Of a stretch of DNA of 64,000 nt, positions 18,340 through 27,825 are shown piece after piece. Each line of letters opens with the position of its first letter. The stretch's first letter is position 1. The stretch covers positions 124,001 to 188,000 of IMG/VR virus record IMGVR_UViG_3300044701_003953; one strand, 5' to 3'. Position numbers and translations under genes: made by a program. The notes under the pieces were generated by a model. The model ran no database searches. It was not told the origin of the DNA and saw only the letters and a list, made by a program, of their open reading frames with translations.

Positions 18340-18538
18340 TTTTAAGGTTTTCCCCGAGTTCACGGATCTGTTCTGCGTTAAGGAAGAAATCATAGCTACT
18401 CTCATCGATCTTTTTACCATCGTTGTCGTATTGTTCGCCTGTGAATCTTAAGTGCTTGAGATCCGCTGGCATCACGCAATCATTGATCGTGACACGGATT
18501 TTAAAGGCTTGCCCGTCATTTGCTAAGAACTGTTTCAT
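18326..18538 (-). CDS. Hypothetical protein
   Basis: Start MKQFL at 18538 by ATGA overlap with the small upstream gene. Confidence 0.65.
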   Translation of the reverse strand: MKQFLANDGQAFKIRVTINDCVMPADLKHLRFTGEQYDNDGKKIDESSYDFFLNAEQIRELGENLKSAVA

Positions 18539-18681
18539 TTCTCTGAACCTTTCACCGAGTCGAATACATGTGGTAACCAGCCGGTTAATCCAACCAACCA
18601 GCCATATACGGCAGGAGTGCCCCAACTAACATACATCATGAAAATACAAGAAATTGTGATAAACATAGCGGCTATCTTCAT
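18535..18681 (-). CDS. Small membrane protein, 48 aa (absent from ORF track)
   Basis: MKIAAMFITISCIFMMYVSWGTPAVYGWLVGLTGWLPHVFDSVKGSEK; ATGA overlaps at both ends. Confidence 0.75.
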   Translation of the reverse strand: MKIAAMFITISCIFMMYVSWGTPAVYGWLVGLTGWLPHVFDSVKGSEK

Positions 18682-18878
18682 TCTGGTCTCCCCGAAGTAC
18701 ATGAATCATTCCATAAATCTTGTGCTTGCTGACGATATTGATCTAGTTCCCATTTGTTCTTTTTGATCAGATAGTCGTCTTCGGTAAGCCCATGCCAACC
18801 GATACATTTTCCTGTTGGACTGCGGCCACATCCACATGGCACACCACCGTCCTTGAATTGATCTACTCTTACTTGCAT
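18678..18878 (-). CDS. CDGSH-like iron-sulfur mini-protein
   Basis: PCGCGRSPTGKCIGWH resembles the CxCxx(S/T)xxxPxCDGxH ligand set. Confidence 0.55.
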   Translation of the reverse strand: MQVRVDQFKDGGVPCGCGRSPTGKCIGWHGLTEDDYLIKKNKWELDQYRQQAQDLWNDSCTSGRPE

Positions 18879-18889
18879 GATCGTTTCCT

Positions 18890-19636
18890 TTATCTAGGTG
18901 CGTAGTCTTGCTGGAGTTTGATGTTGTCGATGAACTCTTTTTTCACGGCGGAGTCCAACTTAAATGCTCCATGTAGAACAGTAGTCTGGGTCAACGAACT
19001 ATGTGCCATGATGCCACGATTCTCGCAACAGCCGTGTGTGGCTTGGATATATACACCAACATCTTTGCTGTCAGTGGCCTTCATGATCTCACGAGCGATA
19101 TCATTACAGAGTTCTTCTTGTAAGGTTCCTCGGCGAGCACACCACTGTGCGATGCGAGTGTATTTGCTGAGGCCGATCAGTTTCTGTGCGGCAAGGATGC
19201 CAATATAAGCAACCCCAACAACGGGTTGATGATGATGGCTACACATACTACGAAGTTCACTACGAACCACGAGCATGCCCTCGTAACGGTCTTCCGAATC
19301 GTTTGGAAACGCTGTGCAATCTGGTGCTGGGTCATATCGACCTCCCATTATTTCGTTGAAGTACATCTTGGCCAATCGACGTGCTGTGCCCTTTGAATTG
19401 GGGTCGGTTTCCCTATCGATGAGCAAACGGTCTAGCACTAGTTCAAACGCTTCGGTGGCTTCGTCGATCAGTCGCGCTTTATCTTCTTCGCTTACATAGT
19501 CGCTGACATTATCGCCTGCCCAGAAACGCTTGTTATCACGTTTCATCTTGAAGCGGATAGCATCGCCTAAGTATGCTTCTTTGTAACCACTGTCGCCTGC
19601 CATCGCATCAAGTGCTGTTTGTTGTTTATCTGTCAA
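18890..19636 (-). CDS. folE: GTP cyclohydrolase I
   Basis: TARRLAKMY, SMCSHHHQP, GLSKYTR, LQEEL, HGCCENRG. Confidence 0.95.
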   Translation of the reverse strand: MTDKQQTALDAMAGDSGYKEAYLGDAIRFKMKRDNKRFWAGDNVSDYVSEEDKARLIDEATEAFELVLDRLLIDRETDPNSKGTARRLAKMYFNEIMGGRYDPAPDCTAFPNDSEDRYEGMLVVRSELRSMCSHHHQPVVGVAYIGILAAQKLIGLSKYTRIAQWCARRGTLQEELCNDIAREIMKATDSKDVGVYIQATHGCCENRGIMAHSSLTQTTVLHGAFKLDSAVKKEFIDNIKLQQDYAPR

Positions 19637-19669
19637 TTTTATTTCTCCGAGTTATTGTCGTGGATGACG

Positions 19670-20248
19670 TTAGATTATTCTTATTTTCCTGAGGTCAGGA
19701 TACATTTTAGCACGAGGCTCTTCATTATGCGAGCCCAACATTACCAAACCTTTTTCTGCTTCTTCGGGTGTGGGTCTGTAATGATATCCCACTTCGAATA
19801 CTTGCTGTTCCTGCCATGGTGATATATTTAGGTCGCGGCCGTCATATCGTTGGCGGATCACTTTATTATAGAACTGTTCGTCGTCTGTGAGGATAGCACC
19901 ACCACGGCCGATCTCGAGTGGTTTGTCGAAACCAAAGCTCAGGCATTGTAACATACCCGGACGATACATATCACGTCTGAGCAAGCGAGCCGAATCCCAT
20001 ACACGTGAAGAACGGAAGCGATACTCTCCTACCCATTCTTCGTCAATGAGCTGATACTCTATTCCTAATCTTTTAAAAATCATAGGGACAGACAGATAAG
20101 TGAATGCTGTGAACTCTACTTTGCTGGGCTGGTCGTAGCGGAAACAAAGTTCGAGAGCGTGTGTACAACAGTCAGTCATGATAACATAAGGCGCCCCGGT
20201 GTAGTGCGCCAATGCTTGTTCGAAATCTGCTATGCTCTTAAACGACAT
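19670..20248 (-). CDS. Compact DegT/DnrJ/EryC1/StrS-like PLP aminotransferase
   Basis: DCCTHALEL, WDSA, LSFGFDKPLEIGRGGAILTDD (PLP Lys), YDGR, GYHY. Confidence 0.75.
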   Translation of the reverse strand: MSFKSIADFEQALAHYTGAPYVIMTDCCTHALELCFRYDQPSKVEFTAFTYLSVPMIFKRLGIEYQLIDEEWVGEYRFRSSRVWDSARLLRRDMYRPGMLQCLSFGFDKPLEIGRGGAILTDDEQFYNKVIRQRYDGRDLNISPWQEQQVFEVGYHYRPTPEEAEKGLVMLGSHNEEPRAKMYPDLRKIRII

Positions 20249-21209
20249 CTCGGCGATACCATTCCCATGCGTGTTCGATCATTTCATATAGATCGTATTT
20301 AGGCCGCCAACTGCTGGCACTCATCAACTTGTCAGCACTGGCCGTCAGCAAAGCAGGATCGCCGGCACGCCGATCTCCATACTTTTCAGGCCAGCGTGTG
20401 CCAGTGACTTGTTCAGCAGTCCTGACCACTTCTAAGTTGCTGGCACCACGATTGGTGCCGATGTTGTAGACACCATCGAGATCTTCTTCGATAGCCACAC
20501 GGATGGCCGACGCGATATCTGCTACATGGATGTAGTCACGGACGCAAGTGCCGTCGGGCGTGTCAAAGTCAGTGCCATTGATCACGAATTCTTTTTCGTG
20601 TAGCACGGCTTCTAGGTATCTCGCGATGATGTGCGTGGCTTCTTTTTCTTGACCATGCCTGCTTCCAGGATCGGCACCACATACATTGAAGAAACGGAAT
20701 GCGGTATACTTGAGCCCATACGCCATCTTGTAGTCGGCGAGTATCTGTTCAAACATTAGCTTGCTCCAACCATAGGGAGAGATGGGCACAGTGGGTCCAT
20801 CTTCCTTTAGCGGGACGATGCTGGGGTCGGGATTACCATATGTGGCCGCTGAACTAGCGAAAACGATCCTGGTCTCTGGACTGTGTTTACGGACCATATC
20901 CAAGAAACGGATGGAACGTGCCACGTTGTTTTCGTAATATTCGCCGGGGTCGGTCATGGAAGGACCTACTAGGCTAGTTCCAGCACAATGCACGATAGCA
21001 CGTGGTCTATGTTCTTTAATAGCATGTTCAACAGCCGCACTATCAAACCCATCCACGATGGTCTGGTGCCAGTTATTGGACACCGGGCGGCTGCGTCGAT
21101 CTACACCGATGACCCAGTATTTTTTCTGGTCCGCTAGTTCCAACCCAACCTGGCCACCGATGTATCCACCGGCGCCAGTGACTAGGATAGTATCAATACT
21201 TTGATTCAC
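20238..21209 (-). CDS. galE: UDP-glucose 4-epimerase-like NAD-dependent epimerase
   Basis: TGAGGYIG, SSAATYG, YGWSK (YxxxK), FRFFNVCGA, GTCVRDYIHV. Confidence 0.9.
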   Translation of the reverse strand: MNQSIDTILVTGAGGYIGGQVGLELADQKKYWVIGVDRRSRPVSNNWHQTIVDGFDSAAVEHAIKEHRPRAIVHCAGTSLVGPSMTDPGEYYENNVARSIRFLDMVRKHSPETRIVFASSAATYGNPDPSIVPLKEDGPTVPISPYGWSKLMFEQILADYKMAYGLKYTAFRFFNVCGADPGSRHGQEKEATHIIARYLEAVLHEKEFVINGTDFDTPDGTCVRDYIHVADIASAIRVAIEEDLDGVYNIGTNRGASNLEVVRTAEQVTGTRWPEKYGDRRAGDPALLTASADKLMSASSWRPKYDLYEMIEHAWEWYRRDVV

Positions 21210-22371
21210 TAGTATGCTTTCTGTAGTCTACGGTGTTGCGTAACCACTGCTCGCCTTGTCCTTCCAAGATGTCACAGATGCGATCGATGGTGCCATCGTT
21301 ATAGTCTGAAATCTTGCCCATGTCTGGATGGGGTGCTTCTAACAATGGCTTCAGTTTGTTGATAGCATCATCTAGGCTCCATGGAACGTAAAGTCGGCTA
21401 GCATCATTTGAAAAAGTTTCAGGAAAGCTACGATATGCAGGGTAAAGAACATTACACCCCAGAGTGTCGGCTTCGGATACAGTGTTAGATACCCAGTCTT
21501 GAAGAGCACAATTAAAGAGAACACGACTATCATTAAGAAGGGCATAGTAATCATTTTTTTCCAAGTCCTCGTGTAATGACAGCAATCCGCGGGCCTGTAG
21601 GTCTCGTGTCCGCTTCATGTATGAATCGTTGTTGCTACGCAATTTAGCGCCCGAGAAGATGGCAAACTCCACACCCGAATCGGGATAACGGCGATGCCAT
21701 TCTTCGATGAGATCCATGTAAAAGTCAGGTTGCTTTTCTTGGTCCCAGCGAGCGGCAAAGCCAACCCGTAAGGCACGGTCCTGGAAAGGTTTCAATTCAC
21801 CTGGCACACGGCCACGCACTTCGTCCTTGCCAAAAGCAAGTCCGGAGATGTTGTAGATTGGGGCTTCCCAGCCAGCGATTTTCATGTGTGCCACCATCTC
21901 TTCGTTGGTAGCCAGGACCGTGTCTACGAATGAGTCCACCATCTTTTCATAAGTTGACATCCACTTCTGCATGCCCCAGACATGAACGAAATCATCGGGG
22001 TCAATAGTTTGTGCAAGACAACGAACGGCGATACGAGGGCGAAGAGCAGGATCGATTTGATCCATAATGTAAGGCAAGCTCTCGATACCGGGCTGGAACA
22101 TATCTTCAAAATAGATGACATCTTCTCCATTGACTTCTCCTGCTTTCATCTTTTTAACGAGATTCATGAGTTGGCTCATACCAAAGTAGGTTCTGCCATG
22201 AGCATCCAGGACCTGGCCAGTGACGATGGCCTTGTCGTTACTGAGTGTTTCACCTTCGACGATTTCGTAATCGATACCTCGACGCTCAAACACCGCACGA
22301 TTCCACTCTTGTAACTGTAGAGTGTAACGTGCCTTGTAGGGCTCTAGGCCCATGTACCATAACTTACGCAT
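21193..22371 (-). CDS. GT-B (GT4-like) glycosyltransferase
   Basis: VGFAARWDQEKQP, ALQDWVSNTVSEA, YPAYRSFPE; probable start MRKLW at 22371. Confidence 0.75.
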   Translation of the reverse strand: MRKLWYMGLEPYKARYTLQLQEWNRAVFERRGIDYEIVEGETLSNDKAIVTGQVLDAHGRTYFGMSQLMNLVKKMKAGEVNGEDVIYFEDMFQPGIESLPYIMDQIDPALRPRIAVRCLAQTIDPDDFVHVWGMQKWMSTYEKMVDSFVDTVLATNEEMVAHMKIAGWEAPIYNISGLAFGKDEVRGRVPGELKPFQDRALRVGFAARWDQEKQPDFYMDLIEEWHRRYPDSGVEFAIFSGAKLRSNNDSYMKRTRDLQARGLLSLHEDLEKNDYYALLNDSRVLFNCALQDWVSNTVSEADTLGCNVLYPAYRSFPETFSNDASRLYVPWSLDDAINKLKPLLEAPHPDMGKISDYNDGTIDRICDILEGQGEQWLRNTVDYRKHTSESKY

Positions 22372-22939
22372 TGTTTTTCCTGTAATTTCCAATGGTTAAT
22401 TGCCTTACCACAAAAGGTTGATCCAACACCGAATGCACGATGTATTTGGCCATCTTGTCGGAGTCGATCTTTGAAAGTCTAATACGATCATCAGTTGTCC
22501 TGGGAGTATCAACCAGTCCAGGCTTCACTAAGACCACATCACATCTTGCTTCGAGATCGTTCCACGCCCATTGTGATGCCATTTCTAGAGCAGCTTTTTC
22601 GGAAGCATAATGAGCCCGCCCTAAAGGGTGTTGTGGACTGTCGGGGCCCGATCTCATGTCGTTAACTATGCTGCCAATATTAACGATCTTCTTCGGCTGG
22701 TCTCTCCAACTACGCCAGAGCCTAGTAAAAATCTCAACCTGGAAAAAACGTTCATGGGCATTGTTAACGAACATGTCAGCATCGGCTGACATTTCCACGA
22801 TTCTTTTTTGGGTTTCAACATCTGATATATTAAACCCAGCACTCCGAGAGATACCGACCACGTCGTGACCGCGCTTACAAAATTCTTCAGATAAAGATTT
22901 TCCAATCCCCGAAGTATTTCCGGTCACGATGATTTTCAT
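22364..22939 (-). CDS. Short-chain dehydrogenase/reductase
   Basis: IVTGNTSGIG, FVNNA, IVNIGS, YASEK (YxxxK), VKPGLVDT. Confidence 0.88.
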   Translation of the reverse strand: MKIIVTGNTSGIGKSLSEEFCKRGHDVVGISRSAGFNISDVETQKRIVEMSADADMFVNNAHERFFQVEIFTRLWRSWRDQPKKIVNIGSIVNDMRSGPDSPQHPLGRAHYASEKAALEMASQWAWNDLEARCDVVLVKPGLVDTPRTTDDRIRLSKIDSDKMAKYIVHSVLDQPFVVRQLTIGNYRKNNA

Positions 22940-23190
22940 CTCGGTTTCCTCTCAAAACGAGGTTTGTTAGGATCACGTGGCTTCCAGTACCACATATCGC
23001 GGGCCCAGCCTTTGCCACCAATCTTGCGCTGGAACTCGCCCCAGGGACCAAACTCTTTGTAGAGCTTGGCTTCGTCGAACGGGTGGCCGTGCTCCACACA
23101 AAACGCACGGTATTGGTCGAGATCGTCAAAGATCTGGCTGACCTCAGGTTTCATCTTAAGGTATTTTTCCAACCACTTAGGATTAGACAT
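22936..23190 (-). CDS. Hypothetical protein
   Basis: 84 aa, AAGGA RBS. Confidence 0.7.
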   Translation of the reverse strand: MSNPKWLEKYLKMKPEVSQIFDDLDQYRAFCVEHGHPFDEAKLYKEFGPWGEFQRKIGGKGWARDMWYWKPRDPNKPRFERKPR

Positions 23191-23207
23191 GCTACTTTCC
23201 TTTATAT

Positions 23208-23702
23208 TTAGACAGAAAGGGTTTGTGGACGGTGAGTTTCATATTTGATGAGGGCGCCGTTCTCACCATCTTCGGCAACCTCAATCCAGACGCTACGGCC
23301 AGGATACTTTTGTGCGATCTGGAGATACAGATCGTCAGCGATCATTTCACAGGATTTGTAGTTAAGGCTTAGAACTCCACCCTTATTATCGGGATTGGAG
23401 GGATTTCCCTGGGTATACAGGTTCTCCAGCCATCTTTTGAACTGGATGAACTCGATGTCTCGGTCGTTGTGGAACACATCGATCCACACCCTGAAATGGA
23501 AGATATGACGATGAGGATAACCAAGGAACGAAACATCATATTCATCTCCGGTAGCGAGTTGTGGATCTTCGAGTGCCGCTGGGTATTTATGTATGCCTTC
23601 TCGGCGGAAAGTGACCCAGATTTTGCGATCTGCTCGATCCATGATGCGTTCTACTGTGGCTCTTTGTTCTTGATTCATTTTGTTTCCGTTGGGAACGGCC
23701 AT
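23208..23702 (-). CDS. Second T-fold (QueD-like) protein, DpdL-like candidate
   Basis: EGIHKYP, FLGYPHRHIF (LxxxHRHxF), DRDIEFI, SCEMIA, EVAEDGENG. Confidence 0.6.
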   Translation of the reverse strand: MAVPNGNKMNQEQRATVERIMDRADRKIWVTFRREGIHKYPAALEDPQLATGDEYDVSFLGYPHRHIFHFRVWIDVFHNDRDIEFIQFKRWLENLYTQGNPSNPDNKGGVLSLNYKSCEMIADDLYLQIAQKYPGRSVWIEVAEDGENGALIKYETHRPQTLSV

Positions 23703-24184
23703 CCGTTGTTGGGTTTATGTTGATAGGGTTTGATGTTTTCTTCTATAACTGTATTGTATGAATCTGCATCTACGATGTCAATCTTTACTGGACCCAAAAT
23801 GTAGACACAGTCGTCTTCGATCTCCCAATCGTGTTCTCCATCAAACAACCAGGCTGTGCCCCAACGCCCATCTTCATCTTCTACACCATCCCAGAGGCTT
23901 TGGATCTCGGCCTTTTCTTCTTCGGTGAAATCACCAAACCAAGAAAAATATACACTACACAGATCATCTAGCTCGCAACCCCACCCTACCCCGGGATCAC
24001 ATCTCACACGATCCACTTCGTTCGCCCAGACTTCGTCGTCCATGTCGCGGAAGCCTTGCCCCCAACGATAGGTCTCTGTGACATCAAATCCGCGCACGGT
24101 GCCATCGGGTAGGGTTTCGTAGACATCCACGAAGAACTCTACGCTTTTCTTTTCTAAAGGAGTGATGCGATATAGTTGTGCCAT
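23675..24184 (-). CDS. Hypothetical acidic protein
   Basis: 169-aa ORF in operon. Confidence 0.65.
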   Translation of the reverse strand: MAQLYRITPLEKKSVEFFVDVYETLPDGTVRGFDVTETYRWGQGFRDMDDEVWANEVDRVRCDPGVGWGCELDDLCSVYFSWFGDFTEEEKAEIQSLWDGVEDEDGRWGTAWLFDGEHDWEIEDDCVYILGPVKIDIVDADSYNTVIEENIKPYQHKPNNGWPFPTETK

Positions 24185-24705
24185 TATTCTGAGACTTTGT
24201 CGTCTTGATATTTAGACCACGGCGTGAACACCGCACGATTTTTCAAGTCATGTAGGCTGTGGCACCACACACCAGGATTGGTGGCCTGGAAATCTCGGTC
24301 ATCGATCTTGATGGTGGTGTTGTAATTCCAGAGTTTGGCGTAAGGCAGTTTCACGGAGATCATGGGGATGAACAAGTCATGTTCGGTGAGTTTGCCCTCC
24401 AGCAAGCCCTCGGCACAACGAAGATCGAGATCTAATGTGCAGTAGTAACCTTCTTCCAAGAAAGGCCAGATCATGTTTTCCCAATCTTCCCAGGTCTGGA
24501 AATCGTCGAATTCGGGATTGGGGAAACTCTGATTGGCACCAAAGTAGATGTGCTTGATCTCGCGCTCAGCCATGGCCACTTGCACAGTGATCTCGCTAGT
24601 TGGCCGCAAGCCAACCACGAATAGTGTCTCCATGCCCAAGGCAGGTGTGTGTTCTACTTCGCGACCATAAAAGTAAGTCGCTGTTTCGTGTCCTGGTCTA
24701 TCCAT
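24184..24705 (-). CDS. Hypothetical protein of the deazaguanine cluster
   Basis: GREVEHTPALGMETLFV, HIYFGANQSF, ATNPGVWCH; lies between the transglycosylase and the T-fold gene. Confidence 0.65.
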   Translation of the reverse strand: MDRPGHETATYFYGREVEHTPALGMETLFVVGLRPTSEITVQVAMAEREIKHIYFGANQSFPNPEFDDFQTWEDWENMIWPFLEEGYYCTLDLDLRCAEGLLEGKLTEHDLFIPMISVKLPYAKLWNYNTTIKIDDRDFQATNPGVWCHSLHDLKNRAVFTPWSKYQDDKVSE

Positions 24706-24708
24706 TTT

Positions 24709-24915
24709 TTACTCTTCGTCGAAGTTGACTCGTTCGTGCTCTTCTTCCCATTGCTTCTTCTTCATTTTAGCGATTTCGTCTTTTAAGAGCAACTTCTTTT
24801 TCTTCAGAGTCTGGAGATGTTCGTCCGAAAAGTTTCCAGACGTCTCAAGTTTAACAATTTGTTCGTCCAAAAGGCGGTGTGCTTCTTCTAGATGGGCGAT
24901 CCGATTTTCATACAT
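24709..24915 (-). CDS. YdcH/DUF465-like small coiled-coil protein
   Basis: LEEAHRLLDEQI...LKKKKLLLKDEI; GAGGAG RBS, start 24915. Confidence 0.7.
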   Translation of the reverse strand: MYENRIAHLEEAHRLLDEQIVKLETSGNFSDEHLQTLKKKKLLLKDEIAKMKKKQWEEEHERVNFDEE

Positions 24916-26464
24916 TTGGGTTCTCCTCGAGTTGATCAAGTTTCGATTCGTCAAGTTCGGGTTCTTCGGAAACCTCTTCTTCTACAGTCTCAAATAAAGC
25001 GTTAAACATGGTCATGGAGTTCTTGGCTTTCTTTCCAGAGAAGCCGCGTGTGCCTACGATCTCCATCCAATATTTGTCATACTTTTCGATTATAGCTTCG
25101 CTGGTAGCGCGATCCGGTGCAGTGAAGATCTCTTCTACGATGTCTTGGAAACGATCATGGCTGGGACCTGAGTAACGCATCATGGCAGGATATTCGCCGG
25201 CGTCAAAGCGTCTATTGGCTTCTTGGACGGCAGTGATATGCTGATAGACATTATGTCCCATGAGCAAAGCATACGAGAAACTATCCCAGGATGTCTTACC
25301 TTCTTTGCCCACTTTGTTGAGATCACCGGGCTTGTAGATACAGATGTCTTTCATGCGCAACAGGTCGCTGACTGGACTGTCTTGCCATATGGGATAGATG
25401 CCGTCAGCTATCACTCCTTGCCGCCACTGTCGGGTGTCGGTGGCGTATTTTTTGTCATCGGCTGAAGGAGCCATGCGGTACGACCATTTGGAGTCGTGTT
25501 CGAAGACGTTTTCGAAGTAGACTTGTCCGTTCGCTGTTGCGAGGAATGGACTGGCGCAGTCAAAAGAGATGGTAAACGATGGGTTGACATATTTCCTCAC
25601 GGCACGTTGTAAGATAGTGAGCAAGACTGCCCACTCCAATTTTGATGTTCCCAAGAAGTGCATCCAGTCATGTTTGCCCTCCTGTAGGAGTCCATCGTAG
25701 CGCAATGCCACCAAGCGTCGTAATACTAAGTGGACATCACACATATTCTGACCACCCATAGCCCAACCGTTGAAATGCGTGTCGGGATACTTTGCGGGAT
25801 CACAATATTCTTTCATCGTTTCATACCAATCATCTGCTTCAGCGTGATTAGCACCTTGTAGCACGTTGAGGAATTTCACTCCACCGTTCTTGACACCCCG
25901 ACGGTGGGTCATGAAATACTCGTTGTTGTATTTTGTAGCGTTGACTGCTTCTTCGTGTGTGGTGATACCACAGGCCCGAGATGCTTTTTCATCATGCACT
26001 ACCCAGGTCGGGATATCAAGGATCATGCCGTAGTCGGCGATGCCATCCAACCATTTCAGCACCGCTTCTCGTTTCTTCTGCGCTTTGGGACAACCAGAAC
26101 CGGCCTTCCAATCGCCTTCCCAGAGTCCTTTAGCGATCTGGAATCCACCCGAGTCACCTAGGATCAATGTGCCAGGATCACGGTTACGCACCATGTCCTC
26201 CGACCAGTCCTGCTTGTTGAGATCTAAGTTAGCGTGTCCACCCGAGTATAGACTCCACTTATAAGGGAAAAGTCCTTTGGCATCGTTGAGCCAGTTCAAC
26301 TCTTCCATGTCCTTCATGCCCGGCGGGAAACGAGCAGGATCTACATAAGGGCCGTTTACAGGGTCGCGTTGCTTGCCTATGAACGTGGCATAGAAGCCCG
26401 AGATAGCCGGCAAAAACACAGCATAGTCATTTTGTTTGGAAGTCAGGTTATCTCGGTTTGTCAT
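24908..26464 (-). CDS. dpdA: TGT-family guanine transglycosylase, probably DNA-directed (DpdA-like)
   Basis: LGDSGGFQI, LDIPTW, NVLQG, GWAMGG, HFLGTS, SFDCASP; no CxCxxC Zn motif seen; near queE/queD/folE. Confidence 0.7.
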   Translation of the reverse strand: MTNRDNLTSKQNDYAVFLPAISGFYATFIGKQRDPVNGPYVDPARFPPGMKDMEELNWLNDAKGLFPYKWSLYSGGHANLDLNKQDWSEDMVRNRDPGTLILGDSGGFQIAKGLWEGDWKAGSGCPKAQKKREAVLKWLDGIADYGMILDIPTWVVHDEKASRACGITTHEEAVNATKYNNEYFMTHRRGVKNGGVKFLNVLQGANHAEADDWYETMKEYCDPAKYPDTHFNGWAMGGQNMCDVHLVLRRLVALRYDGLLQEGKHDWMHFLGTSKLEWAVLLTILQRAVRKYVNPSFTISFDCASPFLATANGQVYFENVFEHDSKWSYRMAPSADDKKYATDTRQWRQGVIADGIYPIWQDSPVSDLLRMKDICIYKPGDLNKVGKEGKTSWDSFSYALLMGHNVYQHITAVQEANRRFDAGEYPAMMRYSGPSHDRFQDIVEEIFTAPDRATSEAIIEKYDKYWMEIVGTRGFSGKKAKNSMTMFNALFETVEEEVSEEPELDESKLDQLEENPNV

Positions 26465-27074
26465 AGAAATGTGTAGAATTTATTAGTTCATAATCGATCG
26501 AAAAAGCATTTACTAATTTTGCCACCAATGGCGGATTCTGTTGTAACCGCTCTTTCATGAATTTTGAAATCTGTTTCGTGTCATAGTTATTCTCCGAAAC
26601 ATTATCCTCGACGCTGATATCATTGATCTCGACACCAAGAAGCCATCGTATCTGATCGAGTAAGTTATGATTATACTTGAGTAATATCGGGTCAGTCAAC
26701 TGTGATATATAGATGCTTTGTGGCGCGGTATGATCATCAAAGTATACGGTGTCAAAGATGATCCTTTCAGTGAGATCCGTGTAGTCTTCAACGAAGTGGT
26801 CACTACCGAAGTTCTGGCTACATAAGTGTAAGGTAGCATATGTGGCGAAACCACTGACCCAGCGATCTACAGGATCTCTCACGAAGGCGAACATTTTTTC
26901 AAAGTGATCGCTGTCCTTGAGTATATGTAGTTCCCACCCGTTCGCTAACAAAACATTCGTGAGATAAGTGCTGGCATTCTTAGGTATGTTAAGACAAAAG
27001 GCCTTCCCATCGGGCGATCTCATCCCTCCTCCGGGCTGATAGCCTTTAGTCTTTAACCAATCGAATGATATCAC
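26448..27074 (-). CDS. Sulfotransferase-family-2-like protein
   Basis: LNIPKNAST (5'-PSB-like) and FVRDPVDRWVSG (3'-PB-like). Confidence 0.7.
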   Translation of the reverse strand: MISFDWLKTKGYQPGGGMRSPDGKAFCLNIPKNASTYLTNVLLANGWELHILKDSDHFEKMFAFVRDPVDRWVSGFATYATLHLCSQNFGSDHFVEDYTDLTERIIFDTVYFDDHTAPQSIYISQLTDPILLKYNHNLLDQIRWLLGVEINDISVEDNVSENNYDTKQISKFMKERLQQNPPLVAKLVNAFSIDYELINSTHFYDKPR

Positions 27075-27802
27075 TTAGTTTGGGCTGGGATGATGTAAGA
27101 GTAGTCAGCGATACCAGAATCTACAGTGATCATGGCAGCACCTTCGTCGCTGATTTTGAAAGTCTTGTCTCCGGGCAAGCTCAGGATAGCAATCACCGCC
27201 GACACAGGCCAGCTCCATGCTTTGGTCAATGAGCCCGACACACCTTGTTCAAACACGAATTCACCAGCGTGGCTGGCAGCATCGCCAAAGTAGAACTTGA
27301 GCTTGTCACCGTCGGTCTTGGCCACGAATGTGGTCTCCTCGCTGTTGGCTTGTGCCTGGAACTTGAGACGTTGGATGGATGCGGCACTGGGAACGATGTC
27401 TACGTTCCACTTCACGCCACGGAATTTCACTGCCTTGAGTTTTTCGTTGATGATCTCAGCAGTCATGAAACGATAGTCGTTCTTGAAGTCACCGGCTTTG
27501 TTTTCAAAGTGGATACCAACAGGAACTTTTTCTCCGTTACGATCCTGGCGCGTCACAGAGATACTGGCGTCTTCGCGATACTCGCTGATGTTGAGAACTG
27601 TGTTGAGTTTGGCCAAGTTGGGCATGCCGAATGTGCCTACGAATTCGGCCACAGGCTGTTTGAAACTGGCTTCCAGTATTACGCTACGATCTTCTGCGAT
27701 AGCGTTGATGGCAGTACCAGCAGAGTCGCCGGTGACTTTGACCAGGTCGATGTTGCCTAAGCCATGTGTGTGTTGAACGATGTCTTGTAAAAAGTCTTTC
27801 AT
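27071..27802 (-). CDS. DNA polymerase sliding clamp (gp45-like)
   Basis: 243 aa, two-domain clamp-like pattern (FGMPNLAKLNTVL, KNDYRFM); strong own promoter; near the polymerase. Confidence 0.7.
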   Translation of the reverse strand: MKDFLQDIVQHTHGLGNIDLVKVTGDSAGTAINAIAEDRSVILEASFKQPVAEFVGTFGMPNLAKLNTVLNISEYREDASISVTRQDRNGEKVPVGIHFENKAGDFKNDYRFMTAEIINEKLKAVKFRGVKWNVDIVPSAASIQRLKFQAQANSEETTFVAKTDGDKLKFYFGDAASHAGEFVFEQGVSGSLTKAWSWPVSAVIAILSLPGDKTFKISDEGAAMITVDSGIADYSYIIPAQTK

Positions 27803-27825
27803 ATAGAGCCTCCAGTGATAGTTAG

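Noticed and set aside
24908-26464. Calling the transglycosylase a canonical tRNA Tgt
   Set aside because: No CxCxxC...H Zn site seen, and the length and insertions are atypical; DNA targeting is more likely but unproven
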